Positions 19,702 through 29,922 of a stretch of DNA of 64,000 nt are shown piece after piece. A program made the translations under genes and the position numbers. The DNA lies in NCBI GenBank assembly GCA_044224875.1, contig JBGAJQ010000001.1, positions 64,001-128,000 on the forward strand, written 5' to 3'. The notes beneath the pieces are model-generated. The model ran no database searches. It saw only the letters and a list, made by a program, of their open reading frames with translations, and had not been told where the DNA came from. Each line of letters begins with the position of its first letter. The first letter of the stretch is position 1. This stretch comes from Gemmatimonadaceae bacterium (lineage in GTDB: Bacteria; Gemmatimonadota; Gemmatimonadetes; Gemmatimonadales; Gemmatimonadaceae).

Positions 19702-21363
19702 TCAGACCGTGCGGAGGTACTGATGCACCATGCTGACCGTGGCCGACCCTTCACCAACGGCGGCGGCCACTCGCTTTCCGGAGCCGTGTCGTACGTCGCC
19801 AGCCGCAAATATTCCCGGAACGCTCGTCTCGTAGAAGTACGGCTGTCGTTCCAGTGGCCAGCGCGCCGCCGCGCGCTGCTCCGCGTTCAAGTCGTTGCCC
19901 GTCAGGATGAATCCCTGGCTGTCGCGGAGCACGAGGTCTGAGACGATATCGGTGCGTGGCATGGTGCCGATGAAGACAAAAACGGCCGATGCCGGCACTT
20001 CCACCTCCGTGCCATCGGCGTCTCGGCGCAGCACGAGAGACTCCAACCGAACCTCGCCACGCGCGGCGAGGACGGACGTGCGCGTCATGACCCGGATGTT
20101 CGGCGTGTCGGTGATGCGTTCGACGAGGTACTGCGACATGGAGGCGCCCAGCGACTCACCGCGCACCACCATGGTCACGGATCGTGCGTAACGGGAAAAG
20201 AACAGCGCGCCTTGGCCCGCGGAGTTGGCGCCACCCACCACGAAGATGTCCTGACCCCGGTACGTCGTGGCCTCGCTCAAGGCGGCTCCGTAGTAGACGC
20301 CAACGCCGTTGAGTGCGTCAGCGCCCGGCACATCGAGCATCCGTACCTCCATGCCGGACGCCACAAGGAGCGCATAGGCCGAGAGTTCGGTCCCATCCGC
20401 CAACCTAACGATGCGATACGGGTCGTCGCGCCGTACCGAGACGGCGTCCTGCGCCGCGAGGATCTCGACGCCAAAGCGGCGCGCCTGGGTCGCGGCACGC
20501 CGCGCCAGGTCGCCTCCGGAAATTCCACTCGGGAACCCAAGGTAGTTCTCGATCATGGAACTCGTGCCCGCTTGTCCACCTGGCGCCCGCCGTTCGACAA
20601 GCACGGTATGCAGACCTTCAGAACCCGCATAGACGGCCGCCGCCAGGCCGGCCGGTCCGCCACCTACAACAATCAGGTCATAGAAGGGGCGCTGCGCCTT
20701 CGTCTGCATGCCGAGCTTTTCCGCCAGCTCACGATGGTCGGGGCGCACCAGTAGCGTGCCATCGGGAAAGAATACCACCGGCAGCTTCGACAATCCCTCA
20801 GCCTGGGCCAGGACGAGCTCGCGTGTTGGTGCATCGTGATCCAGGTCGACCCAGCGATACGGGACCTGGTTCGTGGATAGGAATTCGCGGACGCTGTAGC
20901 TGGGCGCTGAGAGCGACGTGCCCGCCACCCGGATCCCTTCGTACGTCGGCTGGGCGCGTGCCGACCAGTCGGCGAGCAGATCGTCCAGCACAGGATAGAG
21001 CCGCTGAGCCGGTGGCTCCCACGGCTTGAGCAGGTAGTAATCCAGCCCAATGCGGTTGATCGCAGCGATCGCCGTTTCGGTGTCCGCATACGCAGTCAGC
21101 AGGACTCGGCGTGCGTCGGGATACAGCTTGAGCGCTTCCACCAGGAACTGCGTGCCCGTCATCTCGGGCATGCGCTCGTCCACCAGGAACAGGGCAATCG
21201 CGGTCCCACGCTGTTTGAGCTGTCGAACGGCCTCCAACGCTTGGGGCCCCGACGATGCCCGCACCGTGCGGTACGTCGCTTGATAGTGCTGCCGAAGGTC
21301 CCGCTCGATCGCCGAGAGCACCTGCGGATCGTCGTCCACCGCAAGAATGACTGGTCGGTTCAT
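19702..21363 (-). CDS. Response-regulator receiver / glutaredoxin-like / thioredoxin-reductase-fold fusion
   Basis: Start moved to ATG 21363. REC: AVDDD, LVDERMP, LLKPW. FAD: VVGGGPAGL, IENYLGFP. NAD(P): VVGGANSA; GIFAAGD. No CxxC. Confidence 0.9.
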   Translation of the reverse strand: MNRPVILAVDDDPQVLSAIERDLRQHYQATYRTVRASSGPQALEAVRQLKQRGTAIALFLVDERMPEMTGTQFLVEALKLYPDARRVLLTAYADTETAIAAINRIGLDYYLLKPWEPPAQRLYPVLDDLLADWSARAQPTYEGIRVAGTSLSAPSYSVREFLSTNQVPYRWVDLDHDAPTRELVLAQAEGLSKLPVVFFPDGTLLVRPDHRELAEKLGMQTKAQRPFYDLIVVGGGPAGLAAAVYAGSEGLHTVLVERRAPGGQAGTSSMIENYLGFPSGISGGDLARRAATQARRFGVEILAAQDAVSVRRDDPYRIVRLADGTELSAYALLVASGMEVRMLDVPGADALNGVGVYYGAALSEATTYRGQDIFVVGGANSAGQGALFFSRYARSVTMVVRGESLGASMSQYLVERITDTPNIRVMTRTSVLAARGEVRLESLVLRRDADGTEVEVPASAVFVFIGTMPRTDIVSDLVLRDSQGFILTGNDLNAEQRAAARWPLERQPYFYETSVPGIFAAGDVRHGSGKRVAAAVGEGSATVSMVHQYLRTV

Positions 21364-21515
21364 GCCGGGTTCCGAATCAAGCCGATGCTCCCACAGGGGT
21401 ACGGTCCCAGAAGCTCGGCCAACGCACCGCACGGCGCCAGTCACTCCCGTTACGGTTGACATCGTGCCGCCCACAAGCCCAGCGTGAATGGACGCTCATT
21501 TTCCGGAGACGATGC

Positions 21516-21794
21516 ATGTCAGCGCGCGCGCACGTGGCCTGCTCACACCTGGCGACCGTAAACGAGGTCGCGCCCGCAGCCCGCGTCTGTGAAGAATGCG
21601 TGGCCATGGGGGATCGTTGGGTACACCTGCGCGTCTGCCTGTCATGCGGCAAGGTAGGATGCTGTGATAGTTCAAAGAACAAGCATGCGACCAACCATCA
21701 TCACGCCTCCGGACACCCGCTGGTGCGGTCGATGGAACCGGGCGAGGACTGGATCTGGTGCTACGTCGATCAGGTGGTGCTGATGAGAGACTGA
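21516..21794 (+). CDS. Stand-alone UBP-type zinc-finger protein
   Basis: GGAG at 21505-21508 then ATG 21516; CSH...CEEC...HLRVCLSCGKVGCCDSS.NKHAT.H...EPGEDW.WCYVD. Confidence 0.9.
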   Translation: MSARAHVACSHLATVNEVAPAARVCEECVAMGDRWVHLRVCLSCGKVGCCDSSKNKHATNHHHASGHPLVRSMEPGEDWIWCYVDQVVLMRD

Positions 21795-23209
21795 GCCGGG
21801 GGCGGCTCAACACCGCCAGAGGCGGGAAAACGGACGAGAAACTCGGTCCGGCCCTGCTTGGAGTTGACCTCGATCACGCCGTTGTATCGACCCACGATGC
21901 GCTGCACGATGTCCAGTCCCAGTCCGGTCCCCTGACCGACGGGCTTGGTGGTGTAGAACGCGTCGAACATGCGCAACTGCACGTCGGCCGGAATGCCCTT
22001 GCCGTCATCCACGACGCTGATGCTGACCCAGGGACCGTCGTGACGCACCGTCACATCCACCCGCGACGTGGCAGCGTCCAGGGCGTTGTCCACGAGGTTC
22101 GCCCAGACCTGGTTGAGTTCTCCCCCATTGGCCCAGACGCTGGGGAGTGGCGGTTCCATGTGCGTCACGATCGCAACGTGCCGCTGTCGCGCCTTGGAGC
22201 CGGCGATGGCGATCACGTCATTCATCCCGACCGACACGTCCACCGGTTCGGCACCACCGGCGCGGTCCATGTACGTGTGACGCTTGATGGCAGCGACGAG
22301 GTCGTGCACGCGCGTGGCGGCCGACTGGACCTCCTTGGTGAGCGTCCGCGTTAGGCTGCCGGCGGCGACCCATTGGATGGCGGCATCGAGCGACGCCTGA
22401 GGGAGCACGTCTGCCAGGGCGTCGAGCGACTCGAGTTCGAGTGACGTGTCGGCCAGCGTCGGACCAGAGCGCACGTCGACCCCGTGTGCCGCCAGCCACT
22501 CCGCAAACTGTTCCTCGCGATCAGCACGCTCGAGCGGCGCCCGGAACAGCTGCGACGTGGAAGCCAACGCGGTCTCGTGCACATGATCGATCGCGTCCAG
22601 CTGCAGCGATGTCATCGCCTGGCCAGCGAGGGCTCGCCCGGCACGCTCCGATTCGTCCAACGCGACGGCGAGTTGTTGGGCGCTGCGAGCCGCCGCCGAT
22701 GACGGATTCCCCAACTCGTGTGCGAGACCCGCCGCCAATCGGCCCAGCGACATCAGCTTCTCATCCTGCCAGTCACTCGACGAAAACGCGCGCGCCCTGT
22801 CCAGCATGACGTGTACCATGGTCGCGGTACACACCGGGCAGGCGCGGATGAGTTCCGGGAAGTGGCCCTTGGCCACCAGCAACGTGCGAATGTCCTCATC
22901 GACGAGTACCGGGCCCGGTGATGCCGCGAGTCGCGAGTAGGGAAGCGTTCCGCCAACATCACCCCCACGCCACTCGATGACCTTGCGTGGACCGCCGCCC
23001 CGATCGACATAGATCGCGTACCGGCCGGACAGCATGATCACGAGGTCCTCCACCTGCAACGACCCATCAAGGACCTCATCGCCAACGGCGTATTCACGAT
23101 ACCTGGCGTGATCGAGGAGCCATTCGTGTTCGCCATGCGGTGCCGAGCCGAGCGTGCGATGGTTGCGCAGCTCCCGCAGCAGTTCATCTCGACTGGGCGT
23201 CATCGGCAT
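21770..23209 (-). CDS. Cytoplasmic sensor histidine kinase with N-terminal cyclic-nucleotide-binding-like domain
   Basis: H-box LAHELGNP, N-box NQVWANLVDNA, G1 DDGKG, F-box FYTTK, G2 GTGLGL; N-terminal cNMP-like cupin region; no TM segment. Confidence 0.88.
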   Translation of the reverse strand: MPMTPSRDELLRELRNHRTLGSAPHGEHEWLLDHARYREYAVGDEVLDGSLQVEDLVIMLSGRYAIYVDRGGGPRKVIEWRGGDVGGTLPYSRLAASPGPVLVDEDIRTLLVAKGHFPELIRACPVCTATMVHVMLDRARAFSSSDWQDEKLMSLGRLAAGLAHELGNPSSAAARSAQQLAVALDESERAGRALAGQAMTSLQLDAIDHVHETALASTSQLFRAPLERADREEQFAEWLAAHGVDVRSGPTLADTSLELESLDALADVLPQASLDAAIQWVAAGSLTRTLTKEVQSAATRVHDLVAAIKRHTYMDRAGGAEPVDVSVGMNDVIAIAGSKARQRHVAIVTHMEPPLPSVWANGGELNQVWANLVDNALDAATSRVDVTVRHDGPWVSISVVDDGKGIPADVQLRMFDAFYTTKPVGQGTGLGLDIVQRIVGRYNGVIEVNSKQGRTEFLVRFPASGGVEPPPAQSLISTT

Positions 23210-23293
23210 GGGATCATGATTCGCAGACAGTGAATCCGCGGTTCCCCGGATTCGTTCCGGAACGACGCGGCTGACGGGACCACCACCAAGTCG

Positions 23294-24928
23294 TTAGGCT
23301 GTGACCACACCGGCAGCGTTCGTGAGGTCTAGCTCCACGACGGCCAGTTCGCGCATCTTGAACTTCTGGATCTTGCCGGTGACCGTCATCGGATACGCGT
23401 CCACGAACTTCCAGTATCGCGGGATCTTGAAGGTCGAAATCCGACCGCGGCAGAATGCGGTGAGCTCTTCCTCGGTCACTGCCGCCCCGGGCCGAACCTT
23501 GATCCACGCCATCACTTCCTCGCCATACCGCTCACTTGGCACGCCAATGACCTGTGCATCGAGCACGGCAGGATGCGTGTACAAGAACTCCTCCACTTCG
23601 CGAGGATAAATGTTCTCCCCGCCGCGAATGATCATGTCCTTGATCCGCCCCACGATGTTCAAGTAGCCATCGTTATCCATCGTAGCAAGGTCGCCGGTAT
23701 GCATCCACCCCGCGCGGTCGATGGCCTTGTCTGTCGCACTCGCGTCATTCCAATAACCCAGCATGACCGAGTATCCACGCGTGCAGAACTCGCCCTTCGC
23801 TCCGCGTGGCACGACACGCCCCGACTCGGGGTCGATCACCTTCACCTCGATATGCGGATGGACCCGCCCCACGGTACCCACCCGCTTGTCCAAAGGATCG
23901 TCGGTGAGACTCTGGGTGGACACGGGCGACGTCTCCGTCATCCCGTAACAAATGGTCACTTCGGTCATATGCATCACGTGTTGCACCTGCTTCATGACCT
24001 CCACCGGACACGGCGATCCGGCCATGACGCCAGTGCGCAAGGTGGACAGGTCGAAGGTGACGAAATCCGGCAGGGCCAACTCGGCGATGAACATGCTCGG
24101 CACCCCGTAGAGCGAGGTGCAACGTTCCGCTTGGACAGCCTCCAACGTCAACGTCGGATCAAACGCCTCCGCCGGCACCACCATGCACGCACCCACGGAA
24201 GTGCAGGCAAGATTCCCGATCACCATCCCGAAGCAGTGATAGAACGGAACGGGAATGCAGACCCGGTCTCGCTCGGTGTAGCGTAGTCGCTGCGCGATGA
24301 AATAGCCGTTGTTCAGGATGTTGTGATGCGAAAGCGTTGCCCCCTTCGGAAATCCCGTCGTGCCGGACGTGTACTGGATGTTGATCGGATCGTCGAACTG
24401 CAGTCGCGATTCACGCTCGGCCAGGGCGCCCGGGTTCGCGTCCCTGGCCCGCGCCAGGAGCGCGTCCCACGCATCGTCGATCACCACCGTCTGCTCCAAC
24501 GCGGGGCACCGCGGCCGTACCTCGTCGACCATGCCCGAGTAGTCGCTGGTGCGAAAGCGCTTCGCCAGCAGCAACAAGCGAGCGCCCGACTGCTTCAGGA
24601 CATACTCCAGCTCCGCCGTCTTGTATGCCGGGTTCACGTTGACGAGGATCGCCCCCACGCGGGCCGTGGCGTACTGCGTCACTACCCACTCGTATCGGTT
24701 CGGTGACCAGATCGCGACGCGATCACCCTGTTCGATCCCGAGTGCCAGTAACGCCTCGGCCAACTGGCTGGTTGCCTCCCACAGCGCACCATATGTCGCG
24801 CGATAACCCTGCGAGCGTACCACCAAGGCCTCGCGGTCGGGAAACCGCGCCGCGGTGCGCCGCAGGTTGTCGCCGATCGTCTCGCCGAGAAGCGGGACCT
24901 CCGAGGGGCCGTTCACGTAGGACAGCAA
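23294..24928 (-). CDS. AMP-binding acyl-CoA synthetase (fatty-acyl-CoA synthase family)
   Basis: Start moved to TTG 24928 (GGAG 5 nt upstream); [43 protein letters not shown]. Confidence 0.92.
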   Translation of the reverse strand: MLSYVNGPSEVPLLGETIGDNLRRTAARFPDREALVVRSQGYRATYGALWEATSQLAEALLALGIEQGDRVAIWSPNRYEWVVTQYATARVGAILVNVNPAYKTAELEYVLKQSGARLLLLAKRFRTSDYSGMVDEVRPRCPALEQTVVIDDAWDALLARARDANPGALAERESRLQFDDPINIQYTSGTTGFPKGATLSHHNILNNGYFIAQRLRYTERDRVCIPVPFYHCFGMVIGNLACTSVGACMVVPAEAFDPTLTLEAVQAERCTSLYGVPSMFIAELALPDFVTFDLSTLRTGVMAGSPCPVEVMKQVQHVMHMTEVTICYGMTETSPVSTQSLTDDPLDKRVGTVGRVHPHIEVKVIDPESGRVVPRGAKGEFCTRGYSVMLGYWNDASATDKAIDRAGWMHTGDLATMDNDGYLNIVGRIKDMIIRGGENIYPREVEEFLYTHPAVLDAQVIGVPSERYGEEVMAWIKVRPGAAVTEEELTAFCRGRISTFKIPRYWKFVDAYPMTVTGKIQKFKMRELAVVELDLTNAAGVVTA

Positions 24929-25126
24929 GGCGTCTCCAGAGCTCAGTCGGCGATACGATACGGAGGGCCCCCTCTGGCGTCGAGGACGGCCTGTCAGTGA
25001 GTTGCCCCCTTTTGCGTCAGGGATTTCTGGGTGCCGAACGGCAATCACCAGACCCACCATTCAGCATTCGCGCGACGCGGCAACGCGTCGCGTGACCGGC
25101 TGCGTCCCTTCCCTAGACCACTCCAT

Positions 25127-26581
25127 ATGACGTCACAGAATCCGCTACCCCGACTCATTCAAGGCGGCATGGGGGTGGGTGTCTCCAACTGGCGACTTGC
25201 CCGCGCCGTGTCGTCGCGAGGCCATCTGGGTGTGGTGTCCGGAACGGTGATCGATACGCTGCTCGTCCGGCGCCTCCAGGACGGCGACCCCGGCGGAGAC
25301 ATGCGGCGCGCCATCGCTCGCTTCCCGATTCCCGCCGTCGCCGAGGAGGTCTTGCGACGGTTCTTCGTCGAAGGGGGAATTGCCGCCAACGCCCCCTACG
25401 CGCTGCTCCCCATGTGGCGACAACACGTGTCGGCGTTTCGCGAACAGGTCGCTGCGCTAGCTGCGTTCGTTGAGGTGACGCTCGCCAAGGAGGGGCACTC
25501 CGGACCGGTCGGGATAAACCTGCTGACCAAGGTGCAGATGCCGAACATGGCGACCTTGTACGGCGCCATGCTCGCAGGAGTCAACGTGGTGTTGATGGGC
25601 GCGGGCATCCCGAAGGAGATCCCAGGGGTGTTGGACAGCTTGGCGCAGCATCAGCCGACGGAGATGCGCTTCGACGTTGAGAATCTCCCGTCGGGACGAG
25701 TCGAATTTCTCAAGTTTGACCCTCGCCGCCACTGGGAGGCGTCGCCGCCAACTCCGCTAGAGCGCCCGCAGTTCCTGGCGATCATCTCGGCTAACTCGCT
25801 CGCCGCAACGCTGGCTAGGAAGTCGAGCGGACGAGTCGATGGTTTTGTTGTTGAGGGACCGACCGCTGGCGGTCACAACGCTCCACCGCGCGGCGAAATG
25901 AAGCTGAACGAGCGCGCCGAGCCCATTTACGGCGAACGTGATGTCGTGGACTTGGAGAAGATGCGGGAATTGGGTCTTCCGTTCTGGATCGCCGGCGGCA
26001 CCGGCTCGCGAGGAGCGCTGGAGCGTGCCCTGGAGGCGGGAGCGGCCGGCGTTCAAGTAGGCACCCTCTTCGCGTTCTGCGATGAATCTGGCATCGATGC
26101 CGCGCTCAAGATGCGCATTCTCGAGTCCGTGAACTGCGGTCGGGTCGAAGTACTGACTGACGCCCTGGCATCGCCAACGGAATATCCCTTCAAGGTGTTG
26201 CACATGCTGGGCGATCCGGACGATGCCCGCCGGGCGAATCGCTCGCGCATCTGCGACTTGGGATATCTGCGTTCGGCGTTCGCGTCCTCGGACGGGTCGA
26301 TCGACTATCGATGCGCGGCAGAGCCGGTGGACCAGTTCATCACTAAGGGCGGCACCGAAGCGCAAACGCAACAGCGCCGGTGCCTGTGCAACGGACTGCT
26401 GGCCAACCTGGGCCACGGCCAACGGCGAGGCGATGCCGGGGAGGAACCGCCGCTCATTACCTCCGGATCCGACCTTTCCAACCTTCGCGAGCTGGCTGCT
26501 GGACGCTCTTCTTACAGCGCGGACGAGGTCATCGACTGGATCATGACGGGCGTTCGCGAGCCGCAGCTTGTGAACAGCTAA
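25127..26581 (+). CDS. Nitronate monooxygenase / 2-nitropropane dioxygenase-like flavoprotein, long form
   Basis: Start moved to ATG 25127; IQGGMGVGVS, MGAGIP, VEGPTAGGH, AGVQVGTLF; Cys-rich C-terminal extension. Confidence 0.85.
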   Translation: MTSQNPLPRLIQGGMGVGVSNWRLARAVSSRGHLGVVSGTVIDTLLVRRLQDGDPGGDMRRAIARFPIPAVAEEVLRRFFVEGGIAANAPYALLPMWRQHVSAFREQVAALAAFVEVTLAKEGHSGPVGINLLTKVQMPNMATLYGAMLAGVNVVLMGAGIPKEIPGVLDSLAQHQPTEMRFDVENLPSGRVEFLKFDPRRHWEASPPTPLERPQFLAIISANSLAATLARKSSGRVDGFVVEGPTAGGHNAPPRGEMKLNERAEPIYGERDVVDLEKMRELGLPFWIAGGTGSRGALERALEAGAAGVQVGTLFAFCDESGIDAALKMRILESVNCGRVEVLTDALASPTEYPFKVLHMLGDPDDARRANRSRICDLGYLRSAFASSDGSIDYRCAAEPVDQFITKGGTEAQTQQRRCLCNGLLANLGHGQRRGDAGEEPPLITSGSDLSNLRELAAGRSSYSADEVIDWIMTGVREPQLVNS

Positions 26582-26697
26582 GACTGGTGCCGCTGAGGGC
26601 GCACGGTTCGCTCGCCGGTGGCGGGTCAGGGCTTGTCGGGCGAGCGCCGATGTGACAGCGTCTAGCGGCAGCGGACCACGTTCCTTCAGAGGCGCTG

Positions 26698-27852
26698 ATG
26701 TCGACATCCCGGCGGGAATTTCTCAAGCACACGACCGCGTTAGGCGGTGCGATCGGTTTCGGGATCTCGGATCCGAACGTGGTGCGACTCGAACCGCCAA
26801 TGTGGGACGCGGCGCCGGAGGACATTCCGCCCAAGGCGGAAACACCACTTCGCATCCTGATCCTCGGTGGTACTGGATTCATCGGACCGCATCAAGTGCG
26901 CTACGCACAGGCGCGCGGTCATACGCTGACGCTCTTCAATCGCGGCGTCACGAATCCGGGCTTGTTCCCGGACATCGAGAAACTCCAGGGTGACCGCGCG
27001 GTCGGGAACTACGACGCACTCAAGGGTCGTGATTGGGACGTAGTGATCGACAATCCGACGACCATTCCGAGATGGGTGCGACAGGCGGCGGATTTGCTCA
27101 AGGGCCACACGCGTCAGTTCATGTTCGTGTCGACGATGTCCGTGTACGCCAAGAACGACACGCCGAATGCGGACGAAAGTGCGGACCTTGCCACGACCAC
27201 CGAGCCAGAGAGCGAAGACGCAAGACGGCTGTACGGCCCGTTGAAGGCACTCTCCGAGAAGGAGGTCGCGCGCGCATTTCCGGAGACACACACGATCATC
27301 CGGCCCGGTCTCATCGTCGGCCCGGGAGACTTGAGCGATCGCTTCACGTACTGGCCAGTGCGCATTTCCCGTGGTGGTGAGGTGCTGGCCCCCGGAACGC
27401 CGCGCGATCCCACGCAGATCATCGACGCGCGCGATCTCGCCGAGTTCATGGTTCGGGGGGTGGAGGAGCACACGTTAGGCACGTTCAATTGTACGGGACC
27501 GCAGTCGCCGCTCACGATCGGGGAGATGCTTGGCGGGATTCGCGCCACGCAGGTAACCGATGCACGATTGACCTGGGTAGATGCCGCATTCCTGACGCAG
27601 CATCAGGTGAGGCCGTGGAGTGACATGCCGGTGTGGATCCAGCCGGCCGGTGACTACGCGGGGTTCATGCGTCGCAGCACGGCGCGTGCTTTGGCGAAAG
27701 GACTGACCTTTCGTCCGCTCGCGGTGACTGCCAAGGACACACTCGACTACTACCTCGCGCAGTCGGAGTCCGATCAGGTGAAACTCCGCGCGGGTCTTGA
27801 TGCCACGCGCGAGCGGGAAGTGCTCGCGGCGTGGCACGCGGCTAACCCTTAG
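26698..27852 (+). CDS. Tat-signal NAD-dependent epimerase/dehydratase (extended SDR, isoflavone-reductase-like)
   Basis: SRREFLK twin-arginine motif; ILGGTGFIG; YGPLK; RPGLIVGP. Confidence 0.85.
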   Translation: MSTSRREFLKHTTALGGAIGFGISDPNVVRLEPPMWDAAPEDIPPKAETPLRILILGGTGFIGPHQVRYAQARGHTLTLFNRGVTNPGLFPDIEKLQGDRAVGNYDALKGRDWDVVIDNPTTIPRWVRQAADLLKGHTRQFMFVSTMSVYAKNDTPNADESADLATTTEPESEDARRLYGPLKALSEKEVARAFPETHTIIRPGLIVGPGDLSDRFTYWPVRISRGGEVLAPGTPRDPTQIIDARDLAEFMVRGVEEHTLGTFNCTGPQSPLTIGEMLGGIRATQVTDARLTWVDAAFLTQHQVRPWSDMPVWIQPAGDYAGFMRRSTARALAKGLTFRPLAVTAKDTLDYYLAQSESDQVKLRAGLDATREREVLAAWHAANP

Positions 27853-29551
27853 CCTTTTCCTTCTCCCAGCTGTCTCGCAGGGTGACGATCCGGTTGAAGA
27901 CAAGCGCTCCCGGTCGCGAATCCACGGTGTCGCTCATGAAGTAGCCGGTTCGTTCAAACTGGTATCGCGAGCCGATGGGGTCTTGGGCCACACTCGGTTC
28001 GACCTTGGCCCCCGTCACCACGGTGAGCGACGCAGGGTTGAGCGAGGATATGAAGTCCTGACCTTCGGGAACATCGTCCGGGTCGGGCACGGAGAAGAGC
28101 TTTTCGTAAAGCCGCAACGAACAGTCCAGTGCGTGCGCCGCGCTGACCCAGTGAATCGTGCCCTGGACCTTTCGTCCGTCCGGTGCATTGCCGCCGCGCG
28201 TCTCGGGGTCGTAGGTGCAGCGGAGCTCGACCACATTGCCCGCTGCGTCCTTCACGACGTCGGTGCACGTGATGAGGTACCCGTAGCGCAGGCGAACCTC
28301 CCGGCCGGGGGCGAGCCGGAAGAACTTCTTTGGCGGATCCTCCATGAAGTCGTCGCGGTCGATCCAGAGTTCACGGCTGAACGGAACGGGCCGTGAACCG
28401 GTCTTGGGCACGTCGTGCGGATAGTACGAGGCGTCCAGCGACTCCACTTTTCCTTCGGGGTAGTTGGAGAGGACGACTTTGAGCGGTTTGACGACGCAGA
28501 GCACGCGGGGGACGCGCATGTTGAGGTCGTTGCGCACGGCATGCTCGAAGGTCGCCAGCTCAACTCGCGCGTCCTTGCGTGCGACGCCAACGGTTTCGGC
28601 GAAGTCGCGGATGGCCTCTGGTGTCACGCCGCGGCGGCGCAGTGCGGCGATGGTGGGCATGCGGGGGTCGTCCCATCCGGAGACGTGTCCCTCGTTCACC
28701 AACCGTAGCAGCTTGCGCTTGGACAGCACCGTGTAGTCCAGCTGCAACCGCGCGAACTCCGTCTGCTCTGGTGGCCGGTCGAAGCCGGCCTCCTTCACCA
28801 ACCAGCGGTAGATGTCGTTGTTGTCCTTGAACTCCAGGGTGCATAACGAGTGCGTGACGCCCTCGATCGCATCGGACAGTCCGTGGGCGTAGTCATAGAG
28901 CGGGTACACGCACCAGGCGCTCCCTCGCCGATAATGCGGAGCGTTTCGAATCCGGATCAGCAGCGGGTCCCGCATGATCATGTTCGGATGCGCCATGTCG
29001 ATCCGGGCGCGCAGGACGTGTGACCCGTCGGCGAACTCTCCCGCGCGCATGCGCCGCAACAGGTCCAGATTCTCGTTCGCGCTGCGATCTCGATACGGGC
29101 TATTGGTGCCCGGTGAGGTGACGGTCCCACGTCCGTCGCGAATGGCCTCCTCGCTCTGCGAGTCCACGTACGCCTTGCCCTTCTGAACGAGCTGTTCGGC
29201 AATCTCGTAAAGTCGTTCGAAGTAGTCGCTGGCGTAGTACTCTCGATTTGCCCAGTCGAAGCCAAGCCATCGCAGGTCGTCCTTGATGGCGTTCACGTAC
29301 TTGATGTCTTCCGTGAACGGGTTGGTGTCGTCGAAACGCAGGTTGCAGACGCCACCGTACTCGGCGGCGACTCCGAAATTCAGGCAGATGGACTTCGCGT
29401 GCCCGATGTGAAGAAACCCGTTGGGCTCTGGGGGAAAGCGCGTCATGACCGAGCGCCCGAATTTCCCCGAGGCAACGTCGGCGGCAACCATCTCCCGGAC
29501 GAAGTCCTTCGAGCGAGGTGGTGAAGGGAGGGTAGGGTCGTCGGCGGGCAC
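27842..29551 (-). CDS. glnS: Glutamine--tRNA ligase
   Basis: TRFPPEPNGFLHIGHAKS, LRFDDTNP, THSLCTLEF, VLSKRKL, GWDDPRMPT, YQFERTGYF; no C-terminal YqeY domain. Confidence 0.96.
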   Translation of the reverse strand: MPADDPTLPSPPRSKDFVREMVAADVASGKFGRSVMTRFPPEPNGFLHIGHAKSICLNFGVAAEYGGVCNLRFDDTNPFTEDIKYVNAIKDDLRWLGFDWANREYYASDYFERLYEIAEQLVQKGKAYVDSQSEEAIRDGRGTVTSPGTNSPYRDRSANENLDLLRRMRAGEFADGSHVLRARIDMAHPNMIMRDPLLIRIRNAPHYRRGSAWCVYPLYDYAHGLSDAIEGVTHSLCTLEFKDNNDIYRWLVKEAGFDRPPEQTEFARLQLDYTVLSKRKLLRLVNEGHVSGWDDPRMPTIAALRRRGVTPEAIRDFAETVGVARKDARVELATFEHAVRNDLNMRVPRVLCVVKPLKVVLSNYPEGKVESLDASYYPHDVPKTGSRPVPFSRELWIDRDDFMEDPPKKFFRLAPGREVRLRYGYLITCTDVVKDAAGNVVELRCTYDPETRGGNAPDGRKVQGTIHWVSAAHALDCSLRLYEKLFSVPDPDDVPEGQDFISSLNPASLTVVTGAKVEPSVAQDPIGSRYQFERTGYFMSDTVDSRPGALVFNRIVTLRDSWEKEKAKG

Positions 29552-29667
29552 GATAAGGAAGGCGGCAGGGGTCTGGACGGCATCCGGGGCTGACCTCGGT
29601 AAACTACTCGCCGTCGGGCATCCATCGCAGGCGTCTTGGCCCTACGGAACGGCGCCCCGGGTGCCGA

Positions 29668-29702
29668 GAAAACAAAACGCCGGCGAAATGAATCGTCGGC
29701 GT
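29668..29702 (-). terminator. Putative intrinsic terminator about 115 bp upstream of glnS
   Basis: Minus strand ACGCCGACGA-ttcatt-TCGCCGGCGT (one mismatch) followed by TTTGTTTTC. Confidence 0.5.
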
Positions 29703-29811
29703 CTGGTGACGTGCACTCGCACGCCTGCTTGTGACACTCCCTGCAACTTCTGGATGCCTTCGCGCTCGCAAAGGATGGGGTCCGGAGCGCCGCCGTCGCG
29801 ACTACGCGGCG

Positions 29812-29922
29812 CCCACTCCCATCACCCCACCCCGCATCGTAGGTCCCCCGACCTCACCACCACACGCTCCGAGCCCACACCCGGACTGCCCGACCCGATC
29901 CGCCCTCTGGTTCCCCCACCCC
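29812..29922 (-). other. Cluster of G-tracts with canonical G-quadruplex motifs
   Basis: Minus strand GGGGTGGGGTGATGGGAGTGGG (29833-29812), plus seven G3+ tracts with loops of 7 nt or less at 29922-29874. Confidence 0.55.

Noticed and set aside
19702..21363. Annotation as housekeeping trxB
   Set aside because: No CxxC, and no cysteine anywhere in the protein.
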